Shown here piece by piece: positions 30,782-39,982 of a stretch of 46,447 nt of DNA. The stretch is from Roseiarcus sp. (GTDB lineage: Bacteria; Pseudomonadota; Alphaproteobacteria; Rhizobiales; Beijerinckiaceae): assembly GCA_035500275.1 (NCBI GenBank), contig DATJXI010000045.1:1-46447 (forward strand). The letters are read 5' to 3'. The number at the start of each line of letters is the position of its first letter. The stretch's first letter is position 1. Made by a program: the position numbers and the translations under genes. The notes beneath the pieces are model-generated. The model saw only the letters and a list, made by a program, of their open reading frames with translations. It had not been told where the DNA came from and made no database searches.

Positions 30782-32206
30782 ATGATGGATCTTACCATTC
30801 GCACGCTCGATGCGACAAGGACGATTACCGGCGAAACGCTGACCGCTTTCAGGGGTCGGCTGCGCGGCGTCGCCGCCCTCCCGGGGGAGGATGGCTACGA
30901 GGCCGCGCGCACGATCTGGAACGCCATGATCGACCGGCGCCCGGCTCTCGTCGTGCGCTGTCTCGGCGCCGCCGACGTCATCGAGGCGGTCAAGCTCGCG
31001 CGGGAGGAGAATCTCCTCGTCGCCGTGCGCGCGGGCGGACACAACATCGCCGGCGCCGCCGTCTGCGACGACGGTTTGCTCATCGACCTCTCGCTGATGA
31101 AGTCGGTTCGTATCGATCCGGCCTCTCGCACGGCGCGCGTCGAGCCCGGCGCGACACTGGCGGATTTCGACCACGAGGCGCAGGCGTTCGGCCTTGCCAC
31201 TCCGCTCGGGATCAACTCGACGACCGGCGTCGCCGGCCTGACCCTCGGCGGCGGTTTCGGCTGGACCACCCGCAAGTTCGGGCTGACGATCGACAACCTC
31301 CTTTCGGCCGACGTCGTCACCGCCAACGGCGCGTTCGTGCGGGCGAGCGAGACGGAGCACCCGGATCTCTTCTGGGCGCTGCGGGGCGGGGGCGGCAATT
31401 TTGGCGTCGTGACCTCCTTCGAGTTCAGGCTGCATCCGCTCGGGCCGCAGGTCCTGTCGGGGCTCGTCGTGCATCCGTTCGAGGAGGCGGCGACGCTGCT
31501 CAGAGAGTTTCGCCGCATTACCGATGAGGCGCCTGACGAACTCGTGGTGTGGGCCGTGATGCGGAAGGCGCCGCCGCTGCCGTTCCTGCCTGCCGAATGG
31601 CATGGCCGGGAGGTTCTCATCTTCGCCGCCTGCTACGCCGGCGACATGGCGGAGGGCGAGAAGGCGACGCGGCCGCTGCGCGCCCTCGGCAAGCCGATCG
31701 CCGACGTCATTTCGCCTCACCCGTTCGTCGGCTGGCAGACGGCGTTCGATCCGCTGCTCACGCCTGGCGCGCGCAACTACTGGAAGAGCCACGACTTCGC
31801 CGATCTTTCGGACGCAGCGATCGACGTGATCGTGCGCGCGGTCGGCGCCCTGCCGTCGCCGGAATGCGAGGTGTTCATCGCCCACGTCGGAGGCGCGATG
31901 GCGCGCGTGGCGCCGGACGCCACGGCCTGGGCGAACCGCCAGGCGCATTTCATCATGAACGCGCATACACGATGGCGGGACAAGAGCGAGGACGCGACCT
32001 GCGTCGCATGGGCGCGCGGATTTTACGAAGCCAGCGCACCCTTCGCCGCCGGCAGCGTCTACGTCAATTTTATGCCCGAGGACGAGTCCGGACGGGTCGA
32101 GAACGCCTACGGCGCCAACTATCGCCGGCTGGCCGAGATCAAGCTCCGCTACGACCCCGACAACCGGTTCCGCATGAACCAGAACATCCAGCCGACCGGC
32201 GGATAA
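30782..32206 (+). CDS. FAD-linked oxidase (VAO/berberine-bridge-enzyme family)
   Basis: WNAMIDRRP, RAGGHN (covalent FAD His), GLTLGGGFG, DLFWALRGGGGNFG, YVNF, K.RYDP.N.F (BBE tail). Start at 30782 after GGAGG. Confidence 0.95.
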   Translation: MMDLTIRTLDATRTITGETLTAFRGRLRGVAALPGEDGYEAARTIWNAMIDRRPALVVRCLGAADVIEAVKLAREENLLVAVRAGGHNIAGAAVCDDGLLIDLSLMKSVRIDPASRTARVEPGATLADFDHEAQAFGLATPLGINSTTGVAGLTLGGGFGWTTRKFGLTIDNLLSADVVTANGAFVRASETEHPDLFWALRGGGGNFGVVTSFEFRLHPLGPQVLSGLVVHPFEEAATLLREFRRITDEAPDELVVWAVMRKAPPLPFLPAEWHGREVLIFAACYAGDMAEGEKATRPLRALGKPIADVISPHPFVGWQTAFDPLLTPGARNYWKSHDFADLSDAAIDVIVRAVGALPSPECEVFIAHVGGAMARVAPDATAWANRQAHFIMNAHTRWRDKSEDATCVAWARGFYEASAPFAAGSVYVNFMPEDESGRVENAYGANYRRLAEIKLRYDPDNRFRMNQNIQPTGG

Positions 32207-32219
32207 GGAGCGAGGCGAA

Positions 32220-33035
32220 ATGCCGATTTTTATGGACCGGCACGATGTCCGCGGCGTTAAGCAGGAGGACATCGCCGATCTGCACCGCCGGGACCTTGAA
32301 GTCCAGGACCAATACAACGTCAAATACATGACGTATTGGTTCGACCACGAACGTTGCTCGGCTTTCTGCCTCGTTGACGCGCCAGACGCGGCGGCAGCCG
32401 AGCGGGTTCACCGGGAGGCGCATGGCCAAGTCGCCAACGCCATCATTCCGGTCGATCTTGCGACGGTCGAGGCGTTCCTCGGCCGCATCGGCGATCCGCG
32501 CGCGGCGCCAAGCGCGGCGCCGGCTATGGACGCTGGGTTGCGCGCGATCATGTTCACCGATCTCGTCGGATCGACCGACATGACGTCGCGCCTCGGCGAC
32601 AACGCGGCGCTTGAACTGGTGCGGGTGCACGACGCGCTGGTCCGGCGCGGCCTTGAAGCCCACGGCGGACGTGAGGTGAAGCACACCGGCGACGGCATCA
32701 TGGCGTCTTTCGATAAGGTCGCCAACGCCGTGCGCGGCGCCGCCGACATTCAGCGGCGCTTCGCCGCCTATAACGCCGACGCGTCGGAGACCCTGAGCGT
32801 CCGGATCGGCATCCACGCCGGCGAGCCGGTCCAGGAGCATAACGACCTGTTCGGCGCCACGGTGCAGCTCGCCTCCCGGCTTTGCAGCGAGGCGGGGGCC
32901 AATGAAATCGTCGTCTCCGATTTCGTGCTCGAGCTATGCGAGGGCGACTCGGCGCGCTTCGCGCCGCTCGGCGAGCGGCGGCTGAAGGGCTTTCCCGACA
33001 AGATCCCCGTGTTCCGGTTTGACTGGCGGAACTGA
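32220..33035 (+). CDS. DUF4242 (SCO4226-like) domain fused to class III nucleotide cyclase
   Basis: N-terminal MP.FMDRH...H..DL..Q...YW.D....AFCLVDAP......VHREAHG; C-terminal MFTDLVGST, EVKHTGDG, RIGIHAGE, DLFGATVQLASR. Confidence 0.9.
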   Translation: MPIFMDRHDVRGVKQEDIADLHRRDLEVQDQYNVKYMTYWFDHERCSAFCLVDAPDAAAAERVHREAHGQVANAIIPVDLATVEAFLGRIGDPRAAPSAAPAMDAGLRAIMFTDLVGSTDMTSRLGDNAALELVRVHDALVRRGLEAHGGREVKHTGDGIMASFDKVANAVRGAADIQRRFAAYNADASETLSVRIGIHAGEPVQEHNDLFGATVQLASRLCSEAGANEIVVSDFVLELCEGDSARFAPLGERRLKGFPDKIPVFRFDWRN

Positions 33036-33072
33036 GCGGGGGTGATCGGAATAGGGGAGCGGCGAGCGGCCG

Positions 33073-33921
33073 CTATGGCGGCGGAGTAAGCCCCAGCCGC
33101 TTCGCTATCTGGTTGTCCACGAATCGCTTGGGCAAGAGGCCAATGAAGAACCTCCGCAACGGATCGGGCGCCACGGCATAGCGGACTTTCGGCTTCCGCG
33201 CGGTCAGCGCCGTTTTCACCGCCTCGCCGATCCGCTCAGGGGGCAGACCGTTCTTGGCGGCCGACATCATGTAGCGCTTCACCTTGGCGATGGCGGGCGC
33301 GTAAGGGGTCGCCGCGAACTCGACGTCCACATTCTCGGACTTGGCCCAGATCGGCGTCGCGACGGCGCCTGGCGCGATCACGATTACGTCGATCCCGAAC
33401 AGCATGAGCTCGCGCCGCAGCGACTCCGACATCCCCTCGAGCCCGAATTTGGAGGCGCTGTAGGCGCTCATGAACGGGGGAGCGTCGCGCCCGCCGACGG
33501 AGGAGATCATGACGATCCGGCCGGGCGATCCTTTGCGCGTGCGATCGGTCCCGAGCGGCGGCGCGAAAGCCTTGGTGACGACGAACGAACCGACGAGGTT
33601 GACCTCGAGCTGGCGTCGGAAGTCGTCGGTCTTGAGGTAGATGAGCGGGCCCGTAACGGCGACGCCGGCGTTGTTGACGAGACCGAACAGCGTTTCCTGC
33701 TTGAGCGCCGCCGCGACCTCGTCCGCGGCCGTCGCGACCGCCACCTCGTCGGTCACGTCGAACACGAGCGGCGAGAAGGCGTCGCCGAACTCCTGTTTGA
33801 GTCGTGCGGCGTCCTCCCGCTTCCGGACGCCGCCGAACACGCGGAAGCCGGCTTGGGTGAGAATCTTCGCGCAGCCCCAGCCGATGCCGGTCGATGCGCC
33901 GGTGACGACGACGGATTTCAT
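33073..33921 (-). CDS. Short-chain dehydrogenase/reductase
   Basis: TGASTGIG, LVNNAG, YSASK. Start re-assigned to ATG 33921 (MKSVVV). Confidence 0.93.
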   Translation of the reverse strand: MKSVVVTGASTGIGWGCAKILTQAGFRVFGGVRKREDAARLKQEFGDAFSPLVFDVTDEVAVATAADEVAAALKQETLFGLVNNAGVAVTGPLIYLKTDDFRRQLEVNLVGSFVVTKAFAPPLGTDRTRKGSPGRIVMISSVGGRDAPPFMSAYSASKFGLEGMSESLRRELMLFGIDVIVIAPGAVATPIWAKSENVDVEFAATPYAPAIAKVKRYMMSAAKNGLPPERIGEAVKTALTARKPKVRYAVAPDPLRRFFIGLLPKRFVDNQIAKRLGLTPPP

Positions 33922-33995
33922 GGCGCGCCTTTCGCTCGTTGCTCGTCTGGATTTACGGCTGCGACCGATGGCCGGACCACCGCGACCTTCGGCGC

Positions 33996-35501
33996 CTATC
34001 CATAGTGCCTGAGCCGCGGCCAGACCTTGTCCAGCGGCTCGCGCATGCCGCGGCAGAGCCACAGCGTTTGCGCCGATTCCTCCGGCATGCCGAGGGGGTT
34101 GTCGATCCAGCCGACCGGCTCGACCGAGCGGAATGTCTTGAGGTGGTCCTCGCGGCTTCCGCCGAGGACGAACACGACGCTTCCGTCCGCGCCGCGCGGC
34201 CCCCACAGGAAGTAGTTCTCGTGCGCGCTGACGACGGGCGGGCCGCCCCAGCGGGCGCCGAGAACGTCGACGGCCGCGGCCTCCCCATAGTTGCGGCCGA
34301 AGAAAACGGCCCTCGCCCTATCCTCGGGCGGCAGCGCCTGATAGGCCTTGGCCACGGCTTCCGCGATCTCCGGCCACCCGAACATGTCGGCGTAATACTG
34401 CGGCAGCGCGCCGAGCTTGAGCTTCTCGCCCGTGCCAGGCTTTATGCCAATCAGGCGCTGATATTCCAGGTACTGCGACACCGGCAGGATCGGCATGACG
34501 AGCGGGGCGGCTACGATGACGCCCACGATGACGAATGCGGCGAGCGCGGGTTTCGCGGCGCGCGGCAGCCAGGCCTCCCAGGCGACCGCGCCGCCCGCCA
34601 TGAGGAGCGGGTAGGCGGGCGCAATATAATAGGGGCGGCCCCGCCCGATGACCGCGGCGGCCACCAGGAAGATCCAGCTCACCGCGACCCAGCGCATGCG
34701 TGCGAACGGCCGCCAATGGGCGAAGGCCAAGAGCCCCGCGATCCAGACGGGCGCCGAACCCGGCCCCAGAAAGAGAATCTCCTGCCCGAGGAAGCTCACG
34801 GGCGAGAGCGGGATGTTCTTCTCCGCCGCAAGAACGGCGGTGTGGGCGACGAACGGCCAGCCGTTCGCCGCCTGCCAGACGAGGTTCGGCGCCACGATCG
34901 CGAGCGCGATCAGGGCCGCCGCCCACGGGCCCCAACCCGCGAGCAGGCGCCGCTGCGGAGTGACCAGGAGGCCGACGGCGGTCGAGACGAGAAACAGGGC
35001 GACCGTGTATTTGGCGAGGAAGGCGACCCCCGCGACGGCGCCCGCCGCGAGCCAAAGACGCGGCGCGTCGTCCCGTTCGGCTTTGATGACGAAAAGCGAG
35101 ATCGCGAGCCAGGCCAGAGGCTGCAGCGTGTCGGTCGTGAAAATGACGCCCGGGACCTGCAGCGCGCCGCCTGCGAAGACCGCCAGTCCGGCAAGCCAGC
35201 GGGCGTAAAGCCTGCCGCCGAGCACGCCCGCCGCAAACGCCGTCAGCGCAACCGTTCCCGCGGCCGCGAGGGCCGGTATGAGGCGGAGCCCGCGCAGGGA
35301 ATGGAAGATCGCTTCGGACGCCGCGGCGATGAGCGGGGTCAGCGGCGGCTGGTCGGTGTAGCCCCAGGAGGGATGGCGCCCGCAGACGATGAAATAGAGC
35401 TCGTCGCGAAAATAGCCGTAAGAGCCGTTGACCCAGAGGTGCAGCGCGAACGCGGCCAGGAAAAGGACGAGCTCGGGCCGATGGATGAGGCGGGAGACCA
35501 T
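33996..35501 (-). CDS. GT-C fold glycosyltransferase (ArnT/family 39-like) membrane protein
   Basis: YGYFRDELYF..CGRH..WGY.DQPPL, many TM segments, PNL.WQ, RPYY, NYGEA. Confidence 0.9.
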   Translation of the reverse strand: MVSRLIHRPELVLFLAAFALHLWVNGSYGYFRDELYFIVCGRHPSWGYTDQPPLTPLIAAASEAIFHSLRGLRLIPALAAAGTVALTAFAAGVLGGRLYARWLAGLAVFAGGALQVPGVIFTTDTLQPLAWLAISLFVIKAERDDAPRLWLAAGAVAGVAFLAKYTVALFLVSTAVGLLVTPQRRLLAGWGPWAAALIALAIVAPNLVWQAANGWPFVAHTAVLAAEKNIPLSPVSFLGQEILFLGPGSAPVWIAGLLAFAHWRPFARMRWVAVSWIFLVAAAVIGRGRPYYIAPAYPLLMAGGAVAWEAWLPRAAKPALAAFVIVGVIVAAPLVMPILPVSQYLEYQRLIGIKPGTGEKLKLGALPQYYADMFGWPEIAEAVAKAYQALPPEDRARAVFFGRNYGEAAAVDVLGARWGGPPVVSAHENYFLWGPRGADGSVVFVLGGSREDHLKTFRSVEPVGWIDNPLGMPEESAQTLWLCRGMREPLDKVWPRLRHYG

Positions 35502-35579
35502 GTGCGCGAGGTTGCCTGGCCTCAGCCCCGCGCGGCAATGCCGGGCGCGCAAAAATAATGACGCCGCCGAGGGCAAATC

Positions 35580-35888
35580 TCAGCCGGATATCGAAAGGCC
35601 AAGCCGGGCGCTGCGCAGGAGGACGGCCGCGTCCCGGACGTCGACCTCCTGAACGGATTGTTCGCCGGAGAAGGTGTAAGGGCGGCCAGTGATCGGGCCG
35701 CTCACCCGCATCTCCCCGCGCCCGGAATAGATGAGCTTCGCCCGGGAGACGCCAGGCCCCAGCGGAGTCAAATCCGGCGGGGCCGCCGCCGGTGAATTGG
35801 CTGGGCTTGCCTCCGGCGGGGAATATCTCGGAGTAGGCGCCGAGACTCCACCCAAGCGCCAGGCCGATCGCCTGCTACCGCAACACAT
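35580..35888 (-). CDS. Small hypothetical protein with N-terminal MCCG and C-terminal GPITGRPYTF motif
   Basis: GGAGG RBS; the start overlaps the upstream gene by 14 nt. MCCGSRR, Pro/Ala linker, then a compact domain (IYSGRGEMRVSGPITGRPYTF...VDVRDA). Confidence 0.8.
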   Translation of the reverse strand: MCCGSRRSAWRLGGVSAPTPRYSPPEASPANSPAAAPPDLTPLGPGVSRAKLIYSGRGEMRVSGPITGRPYTFSGEQSVQEVDVRDAAVLLRSARLGLSISG

Positions 35889-36210
35889 CGTCGGTTTCCT
35901 CCATGGAGTACGTATGCGCCGCCGCGCCGGCCGTGAGCCCTGTCAGACGCTCGATGAGGCAAGCTGCGCCTGAGAGGCCCAGCCAGGCGACGAACCAGGC
36001 CGCGGGCGACGACGCCACGAACAGCGCGAGCGGCGCCGCGACCCAGATGCTCATGCAGTTGAAGCAGTCCATCAAGCTGCCGATGAACCCTTCGCCCGCG
36101 CGCCGTCTGAGCCTGAAGATGACGTCCGCCGGGCCGTCCTCGTTCGCCAGCAGGTGCGTAACCCGCCAGGTTGCGAGAACGGCCAGTACGACTGTCAACC
36201 AAAGATCCAA
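35875..36210 (-). CDS. DUF1360-like membrane protein with CxxC
   Basis: TTG 36210 after GGAGG; LATWRVTHLL..EDGP...RLR...DCFNCMSIW plus further TM helices. The ORF track's longer 381-aa version is an off-frame extension. Confidence 0.82.
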   Translation of the reverse strand: MDLWLTVVLAVLATWRVTHLLANEDGPADVIFRLRRRAGEGFIGSLMDCFNCMSIWVAAPLALFVASSPAAWFVAWLGLSGAACLIERLTGLTAGAAAHTYSMEETDDVLR

Positions 36211-36224
36211 GCCGCCTCCGGACG

Positions 36225-38414
36225 CTATCCGGCGCGTTTCCTCAGGCAGAACGCAATCTGGTCGATGCGCGGCGGCCCGAAGCTTTGATCGCCGGTCGTC
36301 AGCAGGAGGTCCACCGACAGTTGAACGATGTAGGCGCAATCGGGCAGGTTTGCGAGACTCCAGCCCTGCGGCGTCGCGACGCCATACCAGTCGCCGGTCT
36401 CGGGAACCGGCGTCGGCAGCGTGAACGGATAAGGCCCGCCGGGCCCGATCATCTGGACGCTCACCGCGCCGAGGTTCGCGTGGGAAGCCGTGAACAGCAC
36501 CGTCAGCGAGTTCGAGATGCCGCCGCAGCCGTTCGCCTGCAGTTCCTGGATGTCGACCATGTAGACTGCGTACTCGTCCCCGAGTACGCCGCCGTCCCAC
36601 TCGGGATGATGGTTGACGTTGTGGTAGAGCGTGTTGTTGATCGCGACGACCTGGCAGGTGCCGCCTTCGTCGCCCGTCGCCGATCCGGATCCCCCCTTCC
36701 GAACGCGCATCCTGAGACCGAAGCAATGCGCGGTCGGCAACGGATGGTTCGCCGGATTTCCCGCCGAAACGCCGGTCTCGTCGGCCAGCGGGAACGACGG
36801 CAGCTTGGTGGAGATAAGATTGATCATGTTGCCGTTGAGGAAGATGAGCGGTCCCTGCGGCGTCTGGATCCAACCGTCCGCGGTAAACGGCGCGTCGAGT
36901 TCCGAGGCGCCCGCGTGAACCGCGATGTTCTTGTGCAATGGCGGATGCGGGAACGGTTGCGGAATCTCCTGGATGCCGATGACCGTATGGTCGATCCACT
37001 CCTTGGGGATTTGAGTCCATCCGCCGGACGCCGACGCGCCCGTGGTTACGCTGGCCCCCATGGCCGCGGCGAGCGCGGCGGTGCCATGCTGTCCACGCAG
37101 CACGGTCCAGGTCGTGGCGGCGACCGCGGTAACTCTGACGATCTCGTAGCCGCCGTTCGCGCCGCCGATGACGGCGTCAAACGGCGGGGCAGGGAAGCTG
37201 GCGCCGCTCGTCACGGTGATCGAAACGGCTGCGGCCGTAATCGCGGCGGCGAGCGTCGTCGTCGCGACGGCGATCGGCTGGTATTCGAACATGTATTCGA
37301 GCGGGGCGCCATCGTAGGTTTGGGTCAGAACGCCGTTCAGCCGCATCGTGCTGAAGAAGGCGCGGGTGTCGCTGTTCGTGAGACCTGTCGCGGGGAGGAC
37401 GCTGTCGATGTCCGCGTCATAGTCGTAACCGCCGATCGCGGTGAACAGCGGCACGAGGGTCGGCGGGCAGACGCAGATGCAGAAGAGATGACAGACTTCC
37501 GAGCATATCCATGCGCAGACCTGCCAGCAGTAGACACTGAGGCCGAAACGCTCGACGATGGCGCCATACGCTGCGCTGTCCTCGCGCATGACGGCGCCGA
37601 CGAGGTCGGAGAGCGCGCGCGCATCGCTCGAGAGCTTGCGCGCCGCGAGCGCAAATTCGCCCGCCTCCTCGATAGCCTCACGTCCGACGAGAATGGGGGG
37701 AATGCGCTGGCAGAGCGTCCGGCACACCCGCACGCAACGCCAGACGCAGATGAGGCGGCAAATGATCTCGCAGTGGGCGACAAGTTGGCCCCGGCTGATC
37801 GCCGACCGCAAGATCTCGCAGTCAAACGCCTCGGCCGCTTTGACGATATCCGCGAGCGAGCGATTGTTCGCCAGGACGCCGCGCAGTTCCTCCGCGTCGG
37901 CGCGGATGTCGAGCGCCGCGTCCGTCAGCGGGACTGGGCGCCCGGAGCAAACGACTTCGCAGACGCGCCGATAGAGGACGTAGCAGACGTACCGGCAGAT
38001 GAGGTGGCAGAACGGCTGGAGTTTGGCTTCGGCGATCGCCGATTGGTAGATCTCGGCGTCTCCGCAAGACACGGCGTCGACGATCCTGCGGAGCAGCTGT
38101 TCGTTCGATCCAAGCTGCACGATCGCCTGGGCGAATTGAGGCAGACCGGGAAATTCGGTGTTCGGGTTCAGCGGCCCGCACAATCGCCAGCACCGCAGCA
38201 CACAAAGCTTGACCCGAATCCATTCGCAGATGGGTTCGCAGTGCGGGAGCAGTTCGAGCCTTTGCAAGACCCAGCGTAACGCGTCGGGATCCTGGGATTC
38301 GAAAGCGGCGACCGCGGCGGCGAAGCCGCCGGTGTCCTTGGCGAGGCTGCCGACGGCTTCTGCCTGAGCGGCGAGATCGGCGACGGCGTTTTGCTGCAGA
38401 TTGAAATTGCTCAC
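36225..38414 (-). CDS. 729-aa Cys-rich repeat protein of unknown function
   Basis: GTG after AAGGAGG; coding-like codon use. Four ~79-aa repeats with Cys every fourth residue (aa 59-79, 136-156, 215-235, 296-316), then a beta-rich C-terminal half. Confidence 0.9.
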   Translation of the reverse strand: MSNFNLQQNAVADLAAQAEAVGSLAKDTGGFAAAVAAFESQDPDALRWVLQRLELLPHCEPICEWIRVKLCVLRCWRLCGPLNPNTEFPGLPQFAQAIVQLGSNEQLLRRIVDAVSCGDAEIYQSAIAEAKLQPFCHLICRYVCYVLYRRVCEVVCSGRPVPLTDAALDIRADAEELRGVLANNRSLADIVKAAEAFDCEILRSAISRGQLVAHCEIICRLICVWRCVRVCRTLCQRIPPILVGREAIEEAGEFALAARKLSSDARALSDLVGAVMREDSAAYGAIVERFGLSVYCWQVCAWICSEVCHLFCICVCPPTLVPLFTAIGGYDYDADIDSVLPATGLTNSDTRAFFSTMRLNGVLTQTYDGAPLEYMFEYQPIAVATTTLAAAITAAAVSITVTSGASFPAPPFDAVIGGANGGYEIVRVTAVAATTWTVLRGQHGTAALAAAMGASVTTGASASGGWTQIPKEWIDHTVIGIQEIPQPFPHPPLHKNIAVHAGASELDAPFTADGWIQTPQGPLIFLNGNMINLISTKLPSFPLADETGVSAGNPANHPLPTAHCFGLRMRVRKGGSGSATGDEGGTCQVVAINNTLYHNVNHHPEWDGGVLGDEYAVYMVDIQELQANGCGGISNSLTVLFTASHANLGAVSVQMIGPGGPYPFTLPTPVPETGDWYGVATPQGWSLANLPDCAYIVQLSVDLLLTTGDQSFGPPRIDQIAFCLRKRAG

Positions 38415-38837
38415 GACCGATTCCTCCTTGATGTCAGAACGCGCCTCTTGAGCGAGCGCTCGGTTATCAGGCCCGGCGTCGAGCCCGAACTATCTGTGAT
38501 CTTCAAATGCGGTCTGTATAAGCAACGCCACCTTTTTCATGGGGCGTCGATCCCGTTCAGGAAGTTAACGCTTTCCAAGTCCCTCGGCAAGCGAACTTCG
38601 ACGATTGGGCGTTCAATTTTCGCACTGACAAGACAAGCAGGTTTTTATTCTACAGCTTGTAACAAACAAAGCTTGTTGTTGCTACTTGAAGGCATTTGCG
38701 TTTTCTATTTCCGGGTTCTTGAATTGGAGAACAGAAAACCGCGCGCGCTGAGGGTCCTTTGAGGCGAACCTGCGGCGCCGGAGAGGGGTGGAACAACTCT
38801 TTGACCCCGGCGCGCGGCGGTCTTAGATGCTTTGCTC

Positions 38838-39821
38838 ATGACCCGCCTTGTTGACACTTTGGCGCATGACTTGGGCGCCGCGCGTCCGCGCCACCCGGAG
38901 AAAGCGCACCGCCCAGACCAGCCGGTCGCCCGCAAGCCCCCCTGGATCCGCGTGCGCGCGCCGGGCTCGCCGGTCTACGCCGAGACGCTTTCGCTCGTGC
39001 GCGAGCACAAGCTCACGACCGTCTGCGAGGAGGCGGGCTGCCCCAACATCGGCGAGTGCTGGGACAAGCGGCACGCCACCTTCATGATCATGGGCGAAAC
39101 CTGCACCCGCGCCTGCCCCTTCTGCAACGTGCGCACCGGTCGCCCGGACGCGCTCGACCCGGACGAGCCGGCGCGGGTCGGCGACGCGGTGGCCAAGCTC
39201 GGCCTTGCCCACGTCGTCGTGACGTCGGTCGATCGCGACGACCTTTCGGACGGCGGCGCACGCCACTTCGGCCGCACCATCGCCGCGATCCGGGCCGCCG
39301 CGCCGAAAACGACCGTGGAAGTGCTGACGCCCGATTTTCTGCGCAAGGACGGCGCGCTTGAGATCGTCGTTGAGGCCAAGCCGGACGTGTTCAACCACAA
39401 TCTTGAGACCGTGCCTTCGAAGTACCTCTCAGTGCGGCCGGGCGCGCGCTACTTCCACTCGCTCAGGCTCCTGCAGCGGGTGAAAGAGCTCGATCCCACG
39501 ATATTCACCAAATCCGGCGTCATGGTGGGCTTAGGCGAGCGGCGCGAGGAAGTCCTGCAGATGATGGACGACATGCGCTCGGCCGAGGTCGATTTCCTGA
39601 CGATCGGCCAATATCTGCAGCCGACGAAGAAGCACCATGCCGTGGAGCGGTTCGTCGCGCCGCAGGAATTCGCTGAATACGCCACGATCGGCGCGGCGAA
39701 GGGATTTTTGCTCGTCTCCGCCTCGCCGCTCACGCGCTCCTCGCATCACGCGGGCGAGGACTTCGCACGATTGAAGGCGGCCCGCGATGCGGCGATGCGG
39801 CCAGCCGTGCGCCAGATCTGA
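38838..39821 (+). CDS. lipA: Lipoyl synthase
   Basis: [44 protein letters not shown]. Confidence 0.99.
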   Translation: MTRLVDTLAHDLGAARPRHPEKAHRPDQPVARKPPWIRVRAPGSPVYAETLSLVREHKLTTVCEEAGCPNIGECWDKRHATFMIMGETCTRACPFCNVRTGRPDALDPDEPARVGDAVAKLGLAHVVVTSVDRDDLSDGGARHFGRTIAAIRAAAPKTTVEVLTPDFLRKDGALEIVVEAKPDVFNHNLETVPSKYLSVRPGARYFHSLRLLQRVKELDPTIFTKSGVMVGLGERREEVLQMMDDMRSAEVDFLTIGQYLQPTKKHHAVERFVAPQEFAEYATIGAAKGFLLVSASPLTRSSHHAGEDFARLKAARDAAMRPAVRQI

Positions 39822-39982
39822 GGAGCCTCCGGCGCTGCAATTGATCTCTTCGACGGTCTCTGCAAGGGAGAAGAGCGGTTCAGGTATGCGGCGCCAACCT
39901 CCCCCTGTTCGGAGGAACGCTCCCAAACGTTCGGCGCGAACGACGCGACTAGCCGCAGCGCCTACGGAGTCGTTCCGCGACA

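Noticed and set aside
36211-37020. N-terminal 270 aa of the 381-aa ORF 35875-37020
   Set aside because: Arg-rich off-frame overlap with the 729-aa gene. The real membrane protein starts at TTG 36210 behind GGAGG.
36171-38279. 702-aa plus-strand ORF opposite the Cys-rich gene
   Set aside because: Antisense shadow. The minus-strand ORF has the RBS, the internal repeats and the operon context.
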